The position numbers were made by a program, and so were the translations under genes. A stretch of 64,000 nucleotides of DNA from Sphingomonas sp. (GTDB lineage: Bacteria; Pseudomonadota; Alphaproteobacteria; Sphingomonadales; Sphingomonadaceae): assembly GCF_017745215.1 (NCBI RefSeq), contig NZ_JAGHZV010000004.1:36931-100930 (forward strand). Direction: 5' to 3'. Positions 28,411 to 37,354 of this stretch are shown piece by piece. The first letter of the stretch is position 1. Each line of letters begins with the position of its first letter. Below the pieces are notes generated by a model. The model was not told the origin of the DNA and searched no databases. It worked only from the letters and a program-made list of their open reading frames with translations.

Positions 28411-28584
28411 ATGCGCGACGACCTCATCACCGGGAAGGGCGACGGCATTTCCGACGCGCCCCGCAAGCCGCGCTGGCGCACGCCGAAACTTGTGGCGGAC
28501 AATATCACTGCAGTGACGCACGCGGATTTTTCGCCGGGTACCGATGCTTATGACGGCACGTCGACTTCCTACGGCCCGAGCTGA
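28411..28584 (+). CDS. putative lasso-peptide precursor (57 aa; predicted leader 37 aa, core ADFSPGTDAYDGTSTSYGPS)
   Basis: AAGGGGGG RBS 7-8 nt upstream of ATG 28411 (M7 of ORF 28393..28584). The gene ends 27 nt before the AsnB-like cyclase gene. WxxPxL leader motif, Thr at -2, Ala1 and Asp8, C-terminal Ser. Confidence 0.6.
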   Translation: MRDDLITGKGDGISDAPRKPRWRTPKLVADNITAVTHADFSPGTDAYDGTSTSYGPS

Positions 28585-28611
28585 GCCTGGCCTTCCAGCG
28601 CACCGATTGTC

Positions 28612-30495
28612 ATGACCGAGTTCGCCGGACTGGTTCGTCTGGACGATCTGCGCGTCGATCCTGCCTCGATCGATCGCCTGACTCGCGCGGTTCATGGTGC
28701 CGGGCGGCCGGTCCGCTGGCAGCCGGACCCGTCTTGTTTCTTCGTCGAAGCGCGCGTCGAGGGAGAGCCGCTTCCAAGTCAGCCTGACGACGACACGGCT
28801 ATCCTGGCCGACGTATGGCTCGAAGCGCCGGGCGACGCCGCGCGCGCGCTGGGGCTGAACCGGGCGATCGCGGATCGTGCCCTCGTCACCGCCGCCTGCG
28901 CGTCATGGGGGGCGGAGGCCGCCGCAGACCGATTGCCCGGCGCGCTCGCGCTCGCGCATTGGGACGGCAGGGCACGCCGCCTCACGCTCGCACGCGACGC
29001 GTTTGGCGACCGGCCGCTCTATTATGTTGAGACGCCCGCGCTGATCCTGTTCGCCACCACGCTCCAGGCGATGCTCGCCATGCCCGAGACGCCGCGCGAG
29101 CTGGACGAGACGGTGATCGCCGACACGCTTGCCCGGGCGCTGCGCGATCCGGAGCGGACGATCTACCGCCACATCCGCCGCGTCCCGCCGGGCGGCAGCG
29201 TGACTTTCGAGCGCGGCCGCTGCAAGGTCGGGCGCTGGTACGGTCGCGAGCGCATCGCGCGGGTGCGATTCCGACGCGACGAGGACTATGTCGAGGCGGC
29301 GCGTGCGCTCCTCGACGCCGCGGTCGCGGCGCGGCTGCCGCGGGATGGCGGCTGCGCGACGACGCTCTCGGGCGGGTTCGATTCGGCCGGCGTCACCGCC
29401 ACTGCGGCGCAGCTGCTCAACGGCGAACGCTTGCCCGTCTTCACGCGACTCGCTGATGCCGAGCATTGCCGGATCGAAGGCGACGAGGCGCGGCTCGCAG
29501 CGCTGCTCGTCCAGCGCCACCCGAACATCGACTGGCACGTGATCGACCGCGACGACCCCGCTGCCTCGGGGTTCGACCCCGACCGCGATGCGCGCGCGCG
29601 GCTGGTGCCGCGGATGGCCGCGCTCAACGGGCCCTGGTTCGAATCGCTCTACCTCGCGGTCGGGCGGCACGGCGCCACGCGGCTGCTGAACGGCGGGACG
29701 GGCAACATGACGCTGTCCTACGAGGGGCGTGCCGATGCGATCGGCGCGCTGCGCCATGGCCGGATCGGCGACGCCTGTCGCGAGATCGGCGGCGCGGCGC
29801 GGCGCGGCGGCCGGTCGCTCCCGCGCGCAGCCGCCGCGGCGCTGTTCCAGGGGATCGCGCCGCGCTCGCTCCGGCGCTGGCGCACGCGGCTGCGCGACGG
29901 GCGCCTGGCCTGGCTCCGCCATTCGATGCTCGCGCCCGACTTCCTCGACGCGCTCGACTATGCCGATCATGCCCGCACGCTCGGTCACGACATTCCGTTC
30001 GAGCCGGAGGGCGACAGCATCGACTATCGCCTGCGTATGCTCCAGTCGCAGGGCACCGCCGACATGCAGGGGTTCGTCCGCCGCCGCTGGCGCTTCGACC
30101 TGCTCGATCCCTATCGCGACCGCCGGCTCGCCGAATTCTGCCTGGGCATTCCCGACGAGCAGCACCGGCAGGGCGGCGAGGGCCGCCGGCTCGCGCGCCG
30201 CGTGCTCGCCGACCGGGTGCCGGCCGAGACGCTCGCCCGCCAGGGGCGCGGCCGGCAGGCGAGCGACTGGTTCGCGCTGCCGTCCGGGCGCCGCGAGGAA
30301 ATGGCCGAGGCAGTCGATCGGATCGCACGCTCGCCGCTCGCCAGTCGCGTGCTCGACGTGCCGCGGATGCGCGTGCTGCTCGATACCTGGCCGCGAGACG
30401 GCGAGACGGCGAGCCAGGCGCGCCACGGCAGCGCGCTCCAGCGGGGGATCGCGATGGGCGCGTTCCTGCGCTGGCACGAGGGCCGCAATGACTGA
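28612..30495 (+). CDS. asparagine synthetase-like protein, lasso-peptide lactam synthetase (C protein)-like
   Basis: 627 aa. PP-loop motif SGGFDS. N-terminus MTEFAG lacks the Cys2 glutaminase nucleophile of true AsnB. The gene directly follows a small precursor-like gene. Confidence 0.85.
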   Translation: MTEFAGLVRLDDLRVDPASIDRLTRAVHGAGRPVRWQPDPSCFFVEARVEGEPLPSQPDDDTAILADVWLEAPGDAARALGLNRAIADRALVTAACASWGAEAAADRLPGALALAHWDGRARRLTLARDAFGDRPLYYVETPALILFATTLQAMLAMPETPRELDETVIADTLARALRDPERTIYRHIRRVPPGGSVTFERGRCKVGRWYGRERIARVRFRRDEDYVEAARALLDAAVAARLPRDGGCATTLSGGFDSAGVTATAAQLLNGERLPVFTRLADAEHCRIEGDEARLAALLVQRHPNIDWHVIDRDDPAASGFDPDRDARARLVPRMAALNGPWFESLYLAVGRHGATRLLNGGTGNMTLSYEGRADAIGALRHGRIGDACREIGGAARRGGRSLPRAAAAALFQGIAPRSLRRWRTRLRDGRLAWLRHSMLAPDFLDALDYADHARTLGHDIPFEPEGDSIDYRLRMLQSQGTADMQGFVRRRWRFDLLDPYRDRRLAEFCLGIPDEQHRQGGEGRRLARRVLADRVPAETLARQGRGRQASDWFALPSGRREEMAEAVDRIARSPLASRVLDVPRMRVLLDTWPRDGETASQARHGSALQRGIAMGAFLRWHEGRND

Positions 30496-31420
30496 TCCGG
30501 CGGCTCATCGCGGCTACACGCTCGCCGGCTGGCGCGTGGTCAGCGCGATCGCGCTCCCCGAACTGGCGTCGTGGACCGGCGACGACCGGGCGCCGGACCT
30601 CGAGATCGTGCTGGGCCCGGTGCCCGACGCGCTCGACGCGCCACGGCTGCGCACGCCGGTCGCGCAGATCGAAGCGAGCGGGCGCGCGCGCTTCGGCATC
30701 GCCTCGGTCGGGACCTATCTGGTGGAGCCGGGGCGGATCACCATCGATCCGCACATGGCGCCGGATGCGCCCGACGTGCGGCTCTTCCTGTTCGGCACGC
30801 CGTTCGGGATCGCCTGCCATCAGCGGGGGCTGGTGCCGCTCCATGCCTCCACCGTCGAAGTCGATGGCGAGGCGGTCGCCTTCACGGGCGCCTCGGGCGT
30901 CGGCAAGTCGACGCTGGCCGCCGCCTTCCAGCGCCGCGGGCATCGCCTGCTCGGCGACGATGTCGCGCCGGTGCAGGTGAACGGCGAGCAGGCCCTGATC
31001 CTTCCCGGCATCCGGCGCGTGCGGCTGTGGGAGGATTCGGCGCAGGCCGCAGGCTGGGACGTCGCCGCGCTCGAGCCGTGCCGGGTCGGCATGAGCAAGT
31101 TCAGCCACGCGCCCGAGAACAGCTTCGCCGAAGCACCGCTCAGGGCGCGCGCGATCGTCCATCTCGAACGCCAGCCGAGGAGCGTGGGCGAAGCGAGCTT
31201 CCGCCGGCTGCGCGGCCGCCAGGCGGTGCGGCGCGCGAGCGACGAGATCTTCCGCCTGCGCTCGCTCCGCGCGCTCGCCGGCGACGCCGAAGCGCTGGTG
31301 CGCAGCGCGCGGCTGGCGGGCGCGATCCCGCAACATTTCGTGCTCACGCGGCCGCATCGCTTCGAGGATCTCGACACGCATGTCGACATGATCCTCGAGA
31401 CGATCCGCCGCGACGGCTAG
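30488..31420 (+). CDS. HPr kinase C-terminal-domain-like kinase (RiPP precursor Ser kinase-like)
   Basis: ATG overlaps the cyclase stop by 8 nt. 310 aa. LHASTVEVDGEAVAFTGASGVGKSTLA P-loop context is typical of HprK-related kinases. Confidence 0.8.
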   Translation: MTDPAAHRGYTLAGWRVVSAIALPELASWTGDDRAPDLEIVLGPVPDALDAPRLRTPVAQIEASGRARFGIASVGTYLVEPGRITIDPHMAPDAPDVRLFLFGTPFGIACHQRGLVPLHASTVEVDGEAVAFTGASGVGKSTLAAAFQRRGHRLLGDDVAPVQVNGEQALILPGIRRVRLWEDSAQAAGWDVAALEPCRVGMSKFSHAPENSFAEAPLRARAIVHLERQPRSVGEASFRRLRGRQAVRRASDEIFRLRSLRALAGDAEALVRSARLAGAIPQHFVLTRPHRFEDLDTHVDMILETIRRDG

Positions 31421-31431
31421 CGGCGGCGGGC

Positions 31432-32265
31432 ATGGGCGGCGCGATCTGGCTTGCCTCCTATCCCAAGTCCGGGAACACTTGGGCGCGGCTCGCGCTCCTA
31501 TCGCTGTCGAACGGCGGCGCGCCCGCGAGCCTCGGCGAACTGGGCGGCTTCGCGCCGATGCTCGCGACCAATCCCAACCTCGACCGGCTGCTCCAGGTCG
31601 AGAGCGGCCATCTGACCGAGGACGAGATCGAGGCGCTCCGCCCCGACCTCAACCGCGAGCTCTTCGCCGGGCCCGAGCCGCGCCCGTGCAAGGTCCACGA
31701 CGCCTGGACGCGCGCGCCCGATGGCCGGCCGCTGTTCGACGCCGACGTGACGCACGCGGCGATCTACCTGGTGCGCGACCCGCGCGACATCGCCGTCTCC
31801 TGGTCCCGCTTCGCCGGCGTGGGGATCGACCGCGCGGTCGCGATGCTTGCCGATCCCGGTGCCGAGCTCTCGTCCAACGCCCGTGCCGCCCGCCTCCAGC
31901 TGCGCCAGCGGCTGAAGAGCTGGAGCCGCCACGTGACGAGCTGGCTCGACGAATCGGGCTTCGACCCGCTGCTGATCCGCTACGAGGACATGCTCGAGGA
32001 TCCGGCGCGCGAGATCGCACGGATGGCGGCGCACATGGGCTGGGCGGCCGAGCCCCAAGCAGTGGCCGGCGCGGTCGAGGCGACGCGCTTCGAGGAGCTC
32101 GCCGAGCAGGAGCGCCGCCACGGCTTCCGCGAGCGGATGGACCGGACCGAGCGCTTCTTCCACACCGGCCGCAGCGGCGGCTGGCGCGAGCTGCTCAGCG
32201 CCGACCAGGCCGCGCGGATCGAGCGCGACCATGGCGAGGTGATGGCGCGGCTGGGGTATCGCTAG
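31432..32265 (+). CDS. PAPS-dependent sulfotransferase (Sulfotransfer_1-like)
   Basis: 277 aa. 5'-PSB loop YPKSGNTW and 3'-PB motif YLVRDPRDIAVS. Confidence 0.85.
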   Translation: MGGAIWLASYPKSGNTWARLALLSLSNGGAPASLGELGGFAPMLATNPNLDRLLQVESGHLTEDEIEALRPDLNRELFAGPEPRPCKVHDAWTRAPDGRPLFDADVTHAAIYLVRDPRDIAVSWSRFAGVGIDRAVAMLADPGAELSSNARAARLQLRQRLKSWSRHVTSWLDESGFDPLLIRYEDMLEDPAREIARMAAHMGWAAEPQAVAGAVEATRFEELAEQERRHGFRERMDRTERFFHTGRSGGWRELLSADQAARIERDHGEVMARLGYR

Positions 32266-33650
32266 CCGGGACGCAGGCGCTTCCAGGCGTCGAGCACGGC
32301 ATCGACGGCCTCGTCCGCAGCCTCGAAGGTCGTCGCCGCCGAGGTGACCGAGACGCGCATCACCCAAGCCCCGCGCCACTGCGCCGCGCCGACGAAGGCG
32401 ATCGCATCGTCCTGGACCTGGCGCACCGTGTCGAGCGTGGCATCGTCGCTCGCGCCGAAGCGGACCATGAACTGGTTGAGATCGACCTGGCAGACCAGCG
32501 CGATCCCCGGCGCCTCGGCGAGCCGCTCGGCCATGTGGCGCGCGATCTGGCAGTGGCGTTCCACGAGTTCGGCGACCCCTTCGCGGCCCAGCCGGCGGAT
32601 CATCGCCCAGGTCGCGAAGCCCCGCGCGCGGCGCGAGAGCTCTGGGACATAGGCCGAAGGGTCGCGCTCGGCGCCTTCGGCAGGCGGCAGATAGCTCGCC
32701 GAGATCGCCATCGCGCGGCGGTGCGCCTCGGCGTCGCGGACGATCGCGAAGCCGCAGTCATAGGGCGTCTGGAGCCATTTGTGCCCGTCGGTCGCCCAGC
32801 TGTCGCAGCCTTCGATTCCCACGGTGAGGTGCGCACGCGCCGGCGCGGCCTGAGCCCAGAGCCCGAAGGCGCCGTCGACGTGCAGCCACGCGCCTTTCTC
32901 GCGCGCGATCGGGACCAGCTCGGCAAAGGGGTCGCAGGCGCCGGTGTTGATCTGGCCGGCCTGCGCGATCGCGATCACCGGGCCGGTGCAGTCGCCGAGC
33001 ACGCGCTCGAACTCGCCCGCGAGCATCCGCCCGCAATCGTCGGTCGCGACCTGGCGGACGCGCTTGGCGCCGAGCCCGAGATATTTGAGCGCCGAATAGA
33101 CGGTGGCGTGCGCATCGGCGCCGATCACCACCTCGACCGGCGGCGCGCCGAACATGCCGTCGCTCTCGACGTCCCAGCCGGCGCGGCGCAGCACCTCGCT
33201 CCGTGCGGCGGCGAGGCAGACGAAGTTCGCCACGGTCGCGCCCGTCACAAAGCCGATCGAGCTCTCGCGCGGCAGGCGCAGCAGCTCGAGCAGCCAGTCA
33301 GCCGCGACTTGTTCGACCGCGGCGGCGGCGGGCGCGGCGATGAGGTTGCCGGCGTTCTGCCCCCAGGCCGAGGCAAGCCAGTCCGCCGCGACGCCCGCGG
33401 GGTGCGAATTGCCGATCACCCAGCCGAAGAAGCGCGGGCCGGTCGAGGCGCGGATGCCGGGGGTGGCGCGCTCGACGAGCTCGTCGATGATCGCGCTCGC
33501 GTCGCCGCCCGTCTCGGGCAGCGGCCCGGCAAAGGCGGCGAGCATCGCGGCATAGTCGGCGATCGGCGTCTGCTCGGCTTCGGCGATGCGCTCGCGATAG
33601 GCGCGGGCATGAGCGGCGGCGCGGCTCAGGGCTTCGAAATCGTCGTTCAT
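32262..33650 (-). CDS. PLP-dependent group II decarboxylase family protein
   Basis: 462 aa. DGHKW PLP-lysine motif and fold-type I architecture. Its stop overlaps the sulfotransferase stop (CTAG). Confidence 0.85.
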   Translation of the reverse strand: MNDDFEALSRAAAHARAYRERIAEAEQTPIADYAAMLAAFAGPLPETGGDASAIIDELVERATPGIRASTGPRFFGWVIGNSHPAGVAADWLASAWGQNAGNLIAAPAAAAVEQVAADWLLELLRLPRESSIGFVTGATVANFVCLAAARSEVLRRAGWDVESDGMFGAPPVEVVIGADAHATVYSALKYLGLGAKRVRQVATDDCGRMLAGEFERVLGDCTGPVIAIAQAGQINTGACDPFAELVPIAREKGAWLHVDGAFGLWAQAAPARAHLTVGIEGCDSWATDGHKWLQTPYDCGFAIVRDAEAHRRAMAISASYLPPAEGAERDPSAYVPELSRRARGFATWAMIRRLGREGVAELVERHCQIARHMAERLAEAPGIALVCQVDLNQFMVRFGASDDATLDTVRQVQDDAIAFVGAAQWRGAWVMRVSVTSAATTFEAADEAVDAVLDAWKRLRPG

Positions 33651-33942
33651 GCCCGTCCTCTAGACCATCGCGCTGCGGGCAGCCTCCCGCGGCTTGCTTT
33701 CCAACCCCGGCCGCCAGGAGGCACCGACATTCGGGGCGCGGTTCCGAGTCGATGGGGCGGCGGGAGGCGAAAAGTCACAAGAGTCACACCCCGTCGCCGG
33801 AATTCGGGGGCCTGACCGTCGCGAAACGCAAAGCGCCAACCGCCAAGCCCAGCCGCACCAGCCAAGCAGGCCAGATCCTACATTGCAAGCTGCGTGGCCT
33901 GACGCACCGACGCCGATGCGAAGCCTGGGTCGGATCGACAGT

Positions 33943-34075
33943 CAGCAAAATACATCGTCGCCCCGGCCTAGTGCCGGGGTCCACCGGGACGCGAGGGCCG
34001 GAATGGAGCCTCTTGTCCAGCGCGTTTGGCGAACTCGGCCCCGGCACAAGGCCGCGGTGACGGCGTATTTTGCTG
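33943..34075. repeat. family-1 variant (GTCGCCCCGGCC...GGCCGCGGTGAC) long palindromic element
   Basis: Outer inverted repeat CAGCAAAATA/TATTTTGCTG. Inner arms CGTCGCCCCGGCCTAGTGCCGGGGTCCACC and GGCCCCGGCACAAGGCCGCGGTGACG. Confidence 0.75.
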
Positions 34076-34088
34076 AAGTCGGGATGCC

Positions 34089-34832
34089 CTATCCCTCGCG
34101 ATGCACCGCGAAGCCCTGCCATGCCTGGTTGACCGGCATCAGCTCGAGCGCGTTGATGTTGAGGTGCGGCGGCAGCGTCGCGACCCAGAGCATCGTCGCG
34201 GCGATGTCCTCGGCGGTCATCGGGTTCACGCCGCCGTAGAGCTTGTCCGAGACCTCCTGGCTGCCGGTGCGCACGAGCGTGAACTCGGTCTCGACCATCC
34301 CCGGCTCGATCGACGTGACGCGCACGCCGGTGCCGATCAGGTCGCAGCGCAAGTCGAGGCTGAACTGGCGGACGAACGCCTTGGTGCCGGCGTAGACGTT
34401 GCCGCCGGGATAGGGATAGCTGGCCGCGACCGACGAGAGATTGATGATCGCACCCTTGCGTTCGACGATCCCGGGCAGCAGCGCTCTTGTGATCGAGACC
34501 AGCGCAGTCACGTTGGTGTCGATCATCGTCTTCCACTTGTCGATCGACGCGGCCTGGGCGGGCTCGAGCCCGAGCGCGAGGCCGGCATTGTTGATCAGCA
34601 GGTCGATGTCGCGAAAGCCCTCGGGCAGCGCCGCGATCGCCGCGTCGCGCGCGGCTTCGTCGCGGACGTCGAAGGTGCAGGGGTGGAGGGCGTCGCCCAG
34701 CTCGGCCTTGAGCGCGTCGAGCCGCTCGACACGCCGCCCGGTGCCGACCACGTGCCAGCCCGACCCCACGAACTCGCGCGCCGCCGCCTCGCCGATGCCC
34801 GCGGTGACGCCGGTGATGAATGCTGTGGGCAT
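34089..34832 (-). CDS. SDR-family NADP-dependent oxidoreductase (YdfG-like)
   Basis: 247 aa. TGVTAGIG cofactor motif and YAGTK catalytic motif. GGAGGA RBS. Confidence 0.9.
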   Translation of the reverse strand: MPTAFITGVTAGIGEAAAREFVGSGWHVVGTGRRVERLDALKAELGDALHPCTFDVRDEAARDAAIAALPEGFRDIDLLINNAGLALGLEPAQAASIDKWKTMIDTNVTALVSITRALLPGIVERKGAIINLSSVAASYPYPGGNVYAGTKAFVRQFSLDLRCDLIGTGVRVTSIEPGMVETEFTLVRTGSQEVSDKLYGGVNPMTAEDIAATMLWVATLPPHLNINALELMPVNQAWQGFAVHREG

Positions 34833-34849
34833 CTCGATCCTCCAAAAAA

Positions 34850-34957
34850 CGTCACCCCGGCCTTGTGCCGGGGTCCACTTTGCCGCGAGCGACGCCGCTC
34901 GAATTCCAGCGGCAGCCCTTGCCGTCCGGTGGGCCCCGGCACAAGGCCGGGGTGACG
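34850..34957. repeat. family-1 variant long palindromic element
   Basis: CGTCACCCCGGCCTTGTGCCGGGGTCCAC ... GTGGGCCCCGGCACAAGGCCGGGGTGACG. Confidence 0.8.
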
Positions 34958-34972
34958 ATCAGGCAGGCGAGG

Positions 34973-37354
34973 TCAGCCCCGCAGCACCGCGCCGAGCTTC
35001 CCCGCCGCGGCGACGACCTTGTCGGCCAGCGCCTTGATCTCCTCGTCGGTGAAGCTCTTCTCGCCCGGCTGGAGCGTGACTTCGACCGCGAGGCTCTTCT
35101 GGCCCTCGGGTACGCCGGCGCCGGTGAACAGGTCGAACAGCCGCGCGTCGACGATCGCCGCCTTGTCGGCGCCCTTCACCGCGCGGACCAGATCGCCCGC
35201 GGGCAGCGCCGCGGGGACGAGGAAGGCGAAGTCGCGCGTCACCGGCTGGAGCGCGGGCGGCGCATAGGCCGGGCGCATGAAGCCCGTGCTTCGCTTCGCC
35301 GGGATCGCATCGGGGTAGAGTTCCACCGCCGCGACGTCGCCGTCGAGGTCGAACGCCTTGAGCACGCTCGGGTGGAGCATGCCGAAGGCGGCGAGCACGG
35401 TCTTGGGCCCGAGCCGGAGCGTCGCCGACTGGCCCGGATGCCAGACTTCGCCCGCCTCACCCATCACCTGCAGGTTGGCGACCGGCGCGCCCGCGGCTTC
35501 GAGCAGCGCGAGCGCCTCGGCCTTGGCGTCGAACGCCGTGAAGCCCTGCGCCTTGCCGCCCTGCCAGCTGCGCGGGCTGCGATCGCCCGCGAGCAAAAGC
35601 GCCAGCGTCGGGCGCTCCGCGTCGGCGAGGTAGCGCCGGCCGATCTCGAACAGCCGGATGCTCGTGGCGCCGCGCTTCGCGTTGCGCTCGGCCGCGGCGA
35701 GCAGGCCGGGAAGCAGCGAGGGGCGCATCACCCTCATGTCCTCGCTGATCGGATTGGCGAGCGCCCAGGCGCCGCCGCCGAACACCCCGGCTTCGGCTTC
35801 GGAGATGAAGCTCCAGGTCACCGCTTCGTTGAGCCCGCGCGCGGCCGCGGCGCGGCGCAGGCGCCGTTCGAGCTTCTGCTCGGGCGTGGCGGTAGGCCGC
35901 GCGACACCGGGGAGGCGATCGAGCGGCGTCGAGGGGACCTTGTCGATCCCTTCGATGCGGATCACCTCTTCCACCAGGTCGGCCGAGCCGTCGATGTCGC
36001 GGCGCCAGCTCGGCACCGTCACCGTCCAGTCGGGGGCGATGTCGAAGCCGAGGCTCTCGAGGATTTCCCGCTGGCGACGGTCGTCGACCGCGAGCCCGCC
36101 GAGCGTCTCGGCGCGCGCCGGATCATAGGCATAGCTGCGGGGCGTGACCGGCGGCGTGCCCGCGCGCGTGACGCCGGTCGCCTTGCCGCCGCACAGCGCG
36201 AGCACCATCCGCGTCGCAATCTCCAGCCCCTCGTCGAGGAACGCCGGATCGACGCCGCGCTCGAAGCGCGACCGCGCGTCGCTGGTGAGCCCAAGCTTCT
36301 GGCCGGTGCGGGCGATATGGTCGGGATCGAAATAGGCGCATTCGATCAGCACGTCGGTGGTGGTCTCCGACACGCCCGAATGCTCGCCGCCCATGATCCC
36401 GCCGATGTCGTGCACCGCGGCCTCGTCGGCGATCACGGTCATCGCTTCGTCGAGCGCGTAGCTCTTGCCGTTGAGCGCGAGCACTTCCTCGCCCGCCTTC
36501 GCCCGCCGCGCGACCAGCCCGCCCTGGAGCTTCGCCATGTCGTAGACGTGCAGCGGCCGGCCGAGCCCGAACATCACGAAGTTGGTGATGTCGACCAGCG
36601 CCGAGATCGGCTTCTGCCCCACCGCCTTCAGCCGCGCCTGCAGCCAGGCGGGCGACGGGCCGTTGGTCACGCCGTGGACCGCCTGGGCGTAGAAGGCCGG
36701 GCAGCCCTCGGCATCGTCGGTGCGCACGTCGGGGCCCGGGCCCTCGCCATCGGCGGGCGGGAGGTAGGAGAGGATGTCCTCGATCGAGCGGAGCGTCCCC
36801 AGCCCCGCCGCCGCGAGGTCGCGCGCGATGCCGCGCACGCCCATGCAGTCCTGGCGATTGGGGGTGATCGAGACGTCGATCACCGGGTCGTTCAGCCCGG
36901 CATAGTCGGGGAAGGCGGTGCCGACCGGCGCGTCCGCAGGGAGCTCGATGATGCCGTCATGCTCGTCGCCCAGCTCGAGCTCGCGCGACGAGCACATCAT
37001 GCCGTTCGATTCGACGCCGCGGATCGCGGCGACGCGCAGCACCATGCCGTTGGCGGGCACCGTCGCGCCCGCCGGTCCGAACACGCCGACCAGCCCGGCG
37101 CGCGCATTGGGCGCTCCGCAGACGACCTGGAGCGGCACGCCGTCGCCCTGGTCGACGGTGAGCACCTGGAGCTTGTCCGCCTGCGGGTGCGGCGCCGCGG
37201 TGAGCACCTTCGCCACGCGGAAGGCGGCGAGCTTTTCGCCCGGGTTCTCGACGCCCTCGACTTCGAGGCCGACGCGCGTCAGCGCCTCGACGATCCCGTC
37301 GAGCGACGCCTCGGTCTCGAGATGGACCTTGAGCCAGCCGAGGGTGAACTTCAT
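34973..37354 (-). CDS. pheT: phenylalanine--tRNA ligase beta subunit
   Basis: 793 aa. [15 protein letters not shown]-terminus with B3/4, B5 and FDX-ACB architecture. Overlaps the pheS stop (ATGA). Confidence 0.95.
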   Translation of the reverse strand: MKFTLGWLKVHLETEASLDGIVEALTRVGLEVEGVENPGEKLAAFRVAKVLTAAPHPQADKLQVLTVDQGDGVPLQVVCGAPNARAGLVGVFGPAGATVPANGMVLRVAAIRGVESNGMMCSSRELELGDEHDGIIELPADAPVGTAFPDYAGLNDPVIDVSITPNRQDCMGVRGIARDLAAAGLGTLRSIEDILSYLPPADGEGPGPDVRTDDAEGCPAFYAQAVHGVTNGPSPAWLQARLKAVGQKPISALVDITNFVMFGLGRPLHVYDMAKLQGGLVARRAKAGEEVLALNGKSYALDEAMTVIADEAAVHDIGGIMGGEHSGVSETTTDVLIECAYFDPDHIARTGQKLGLTSDARSRFERGVDPAFLDEGLEIATRMVLALCGGKATGVTRAGTPPVTPRSYAYDPARAETLGGLAVDDRRQREILESLGFDIAPDWTVTVPSWRRDIDGSADLVEEVIRIEGIDKVPSTPLDRLPGVARPTATPEQKLERRLRRAAAARGLNEAVTWSFISEAEAGVFGGGAWALANPISEDMRVMRPSLLPGLLAAAERNAKRGATSIRLFEIGRRYLADAERPTLALLLAGDRSPRSWQGGKAQGFTAFDAKAEALALLEAAGAPVANLQVMGEAGEVWHPGQSATLRLGPKTVLAAFGMLHPSVLKAFDLDGDVAAVELYPDAIPAKRSTGFMRPAYAPPALQPVTRDFAFLVPAALPAGDLVRAVKGADKAAIVDARLFDLFTGAGVPEGQKSLAVEVTLQPGEKSFTDEEIKALADKVVAAAGKLGAVLRG

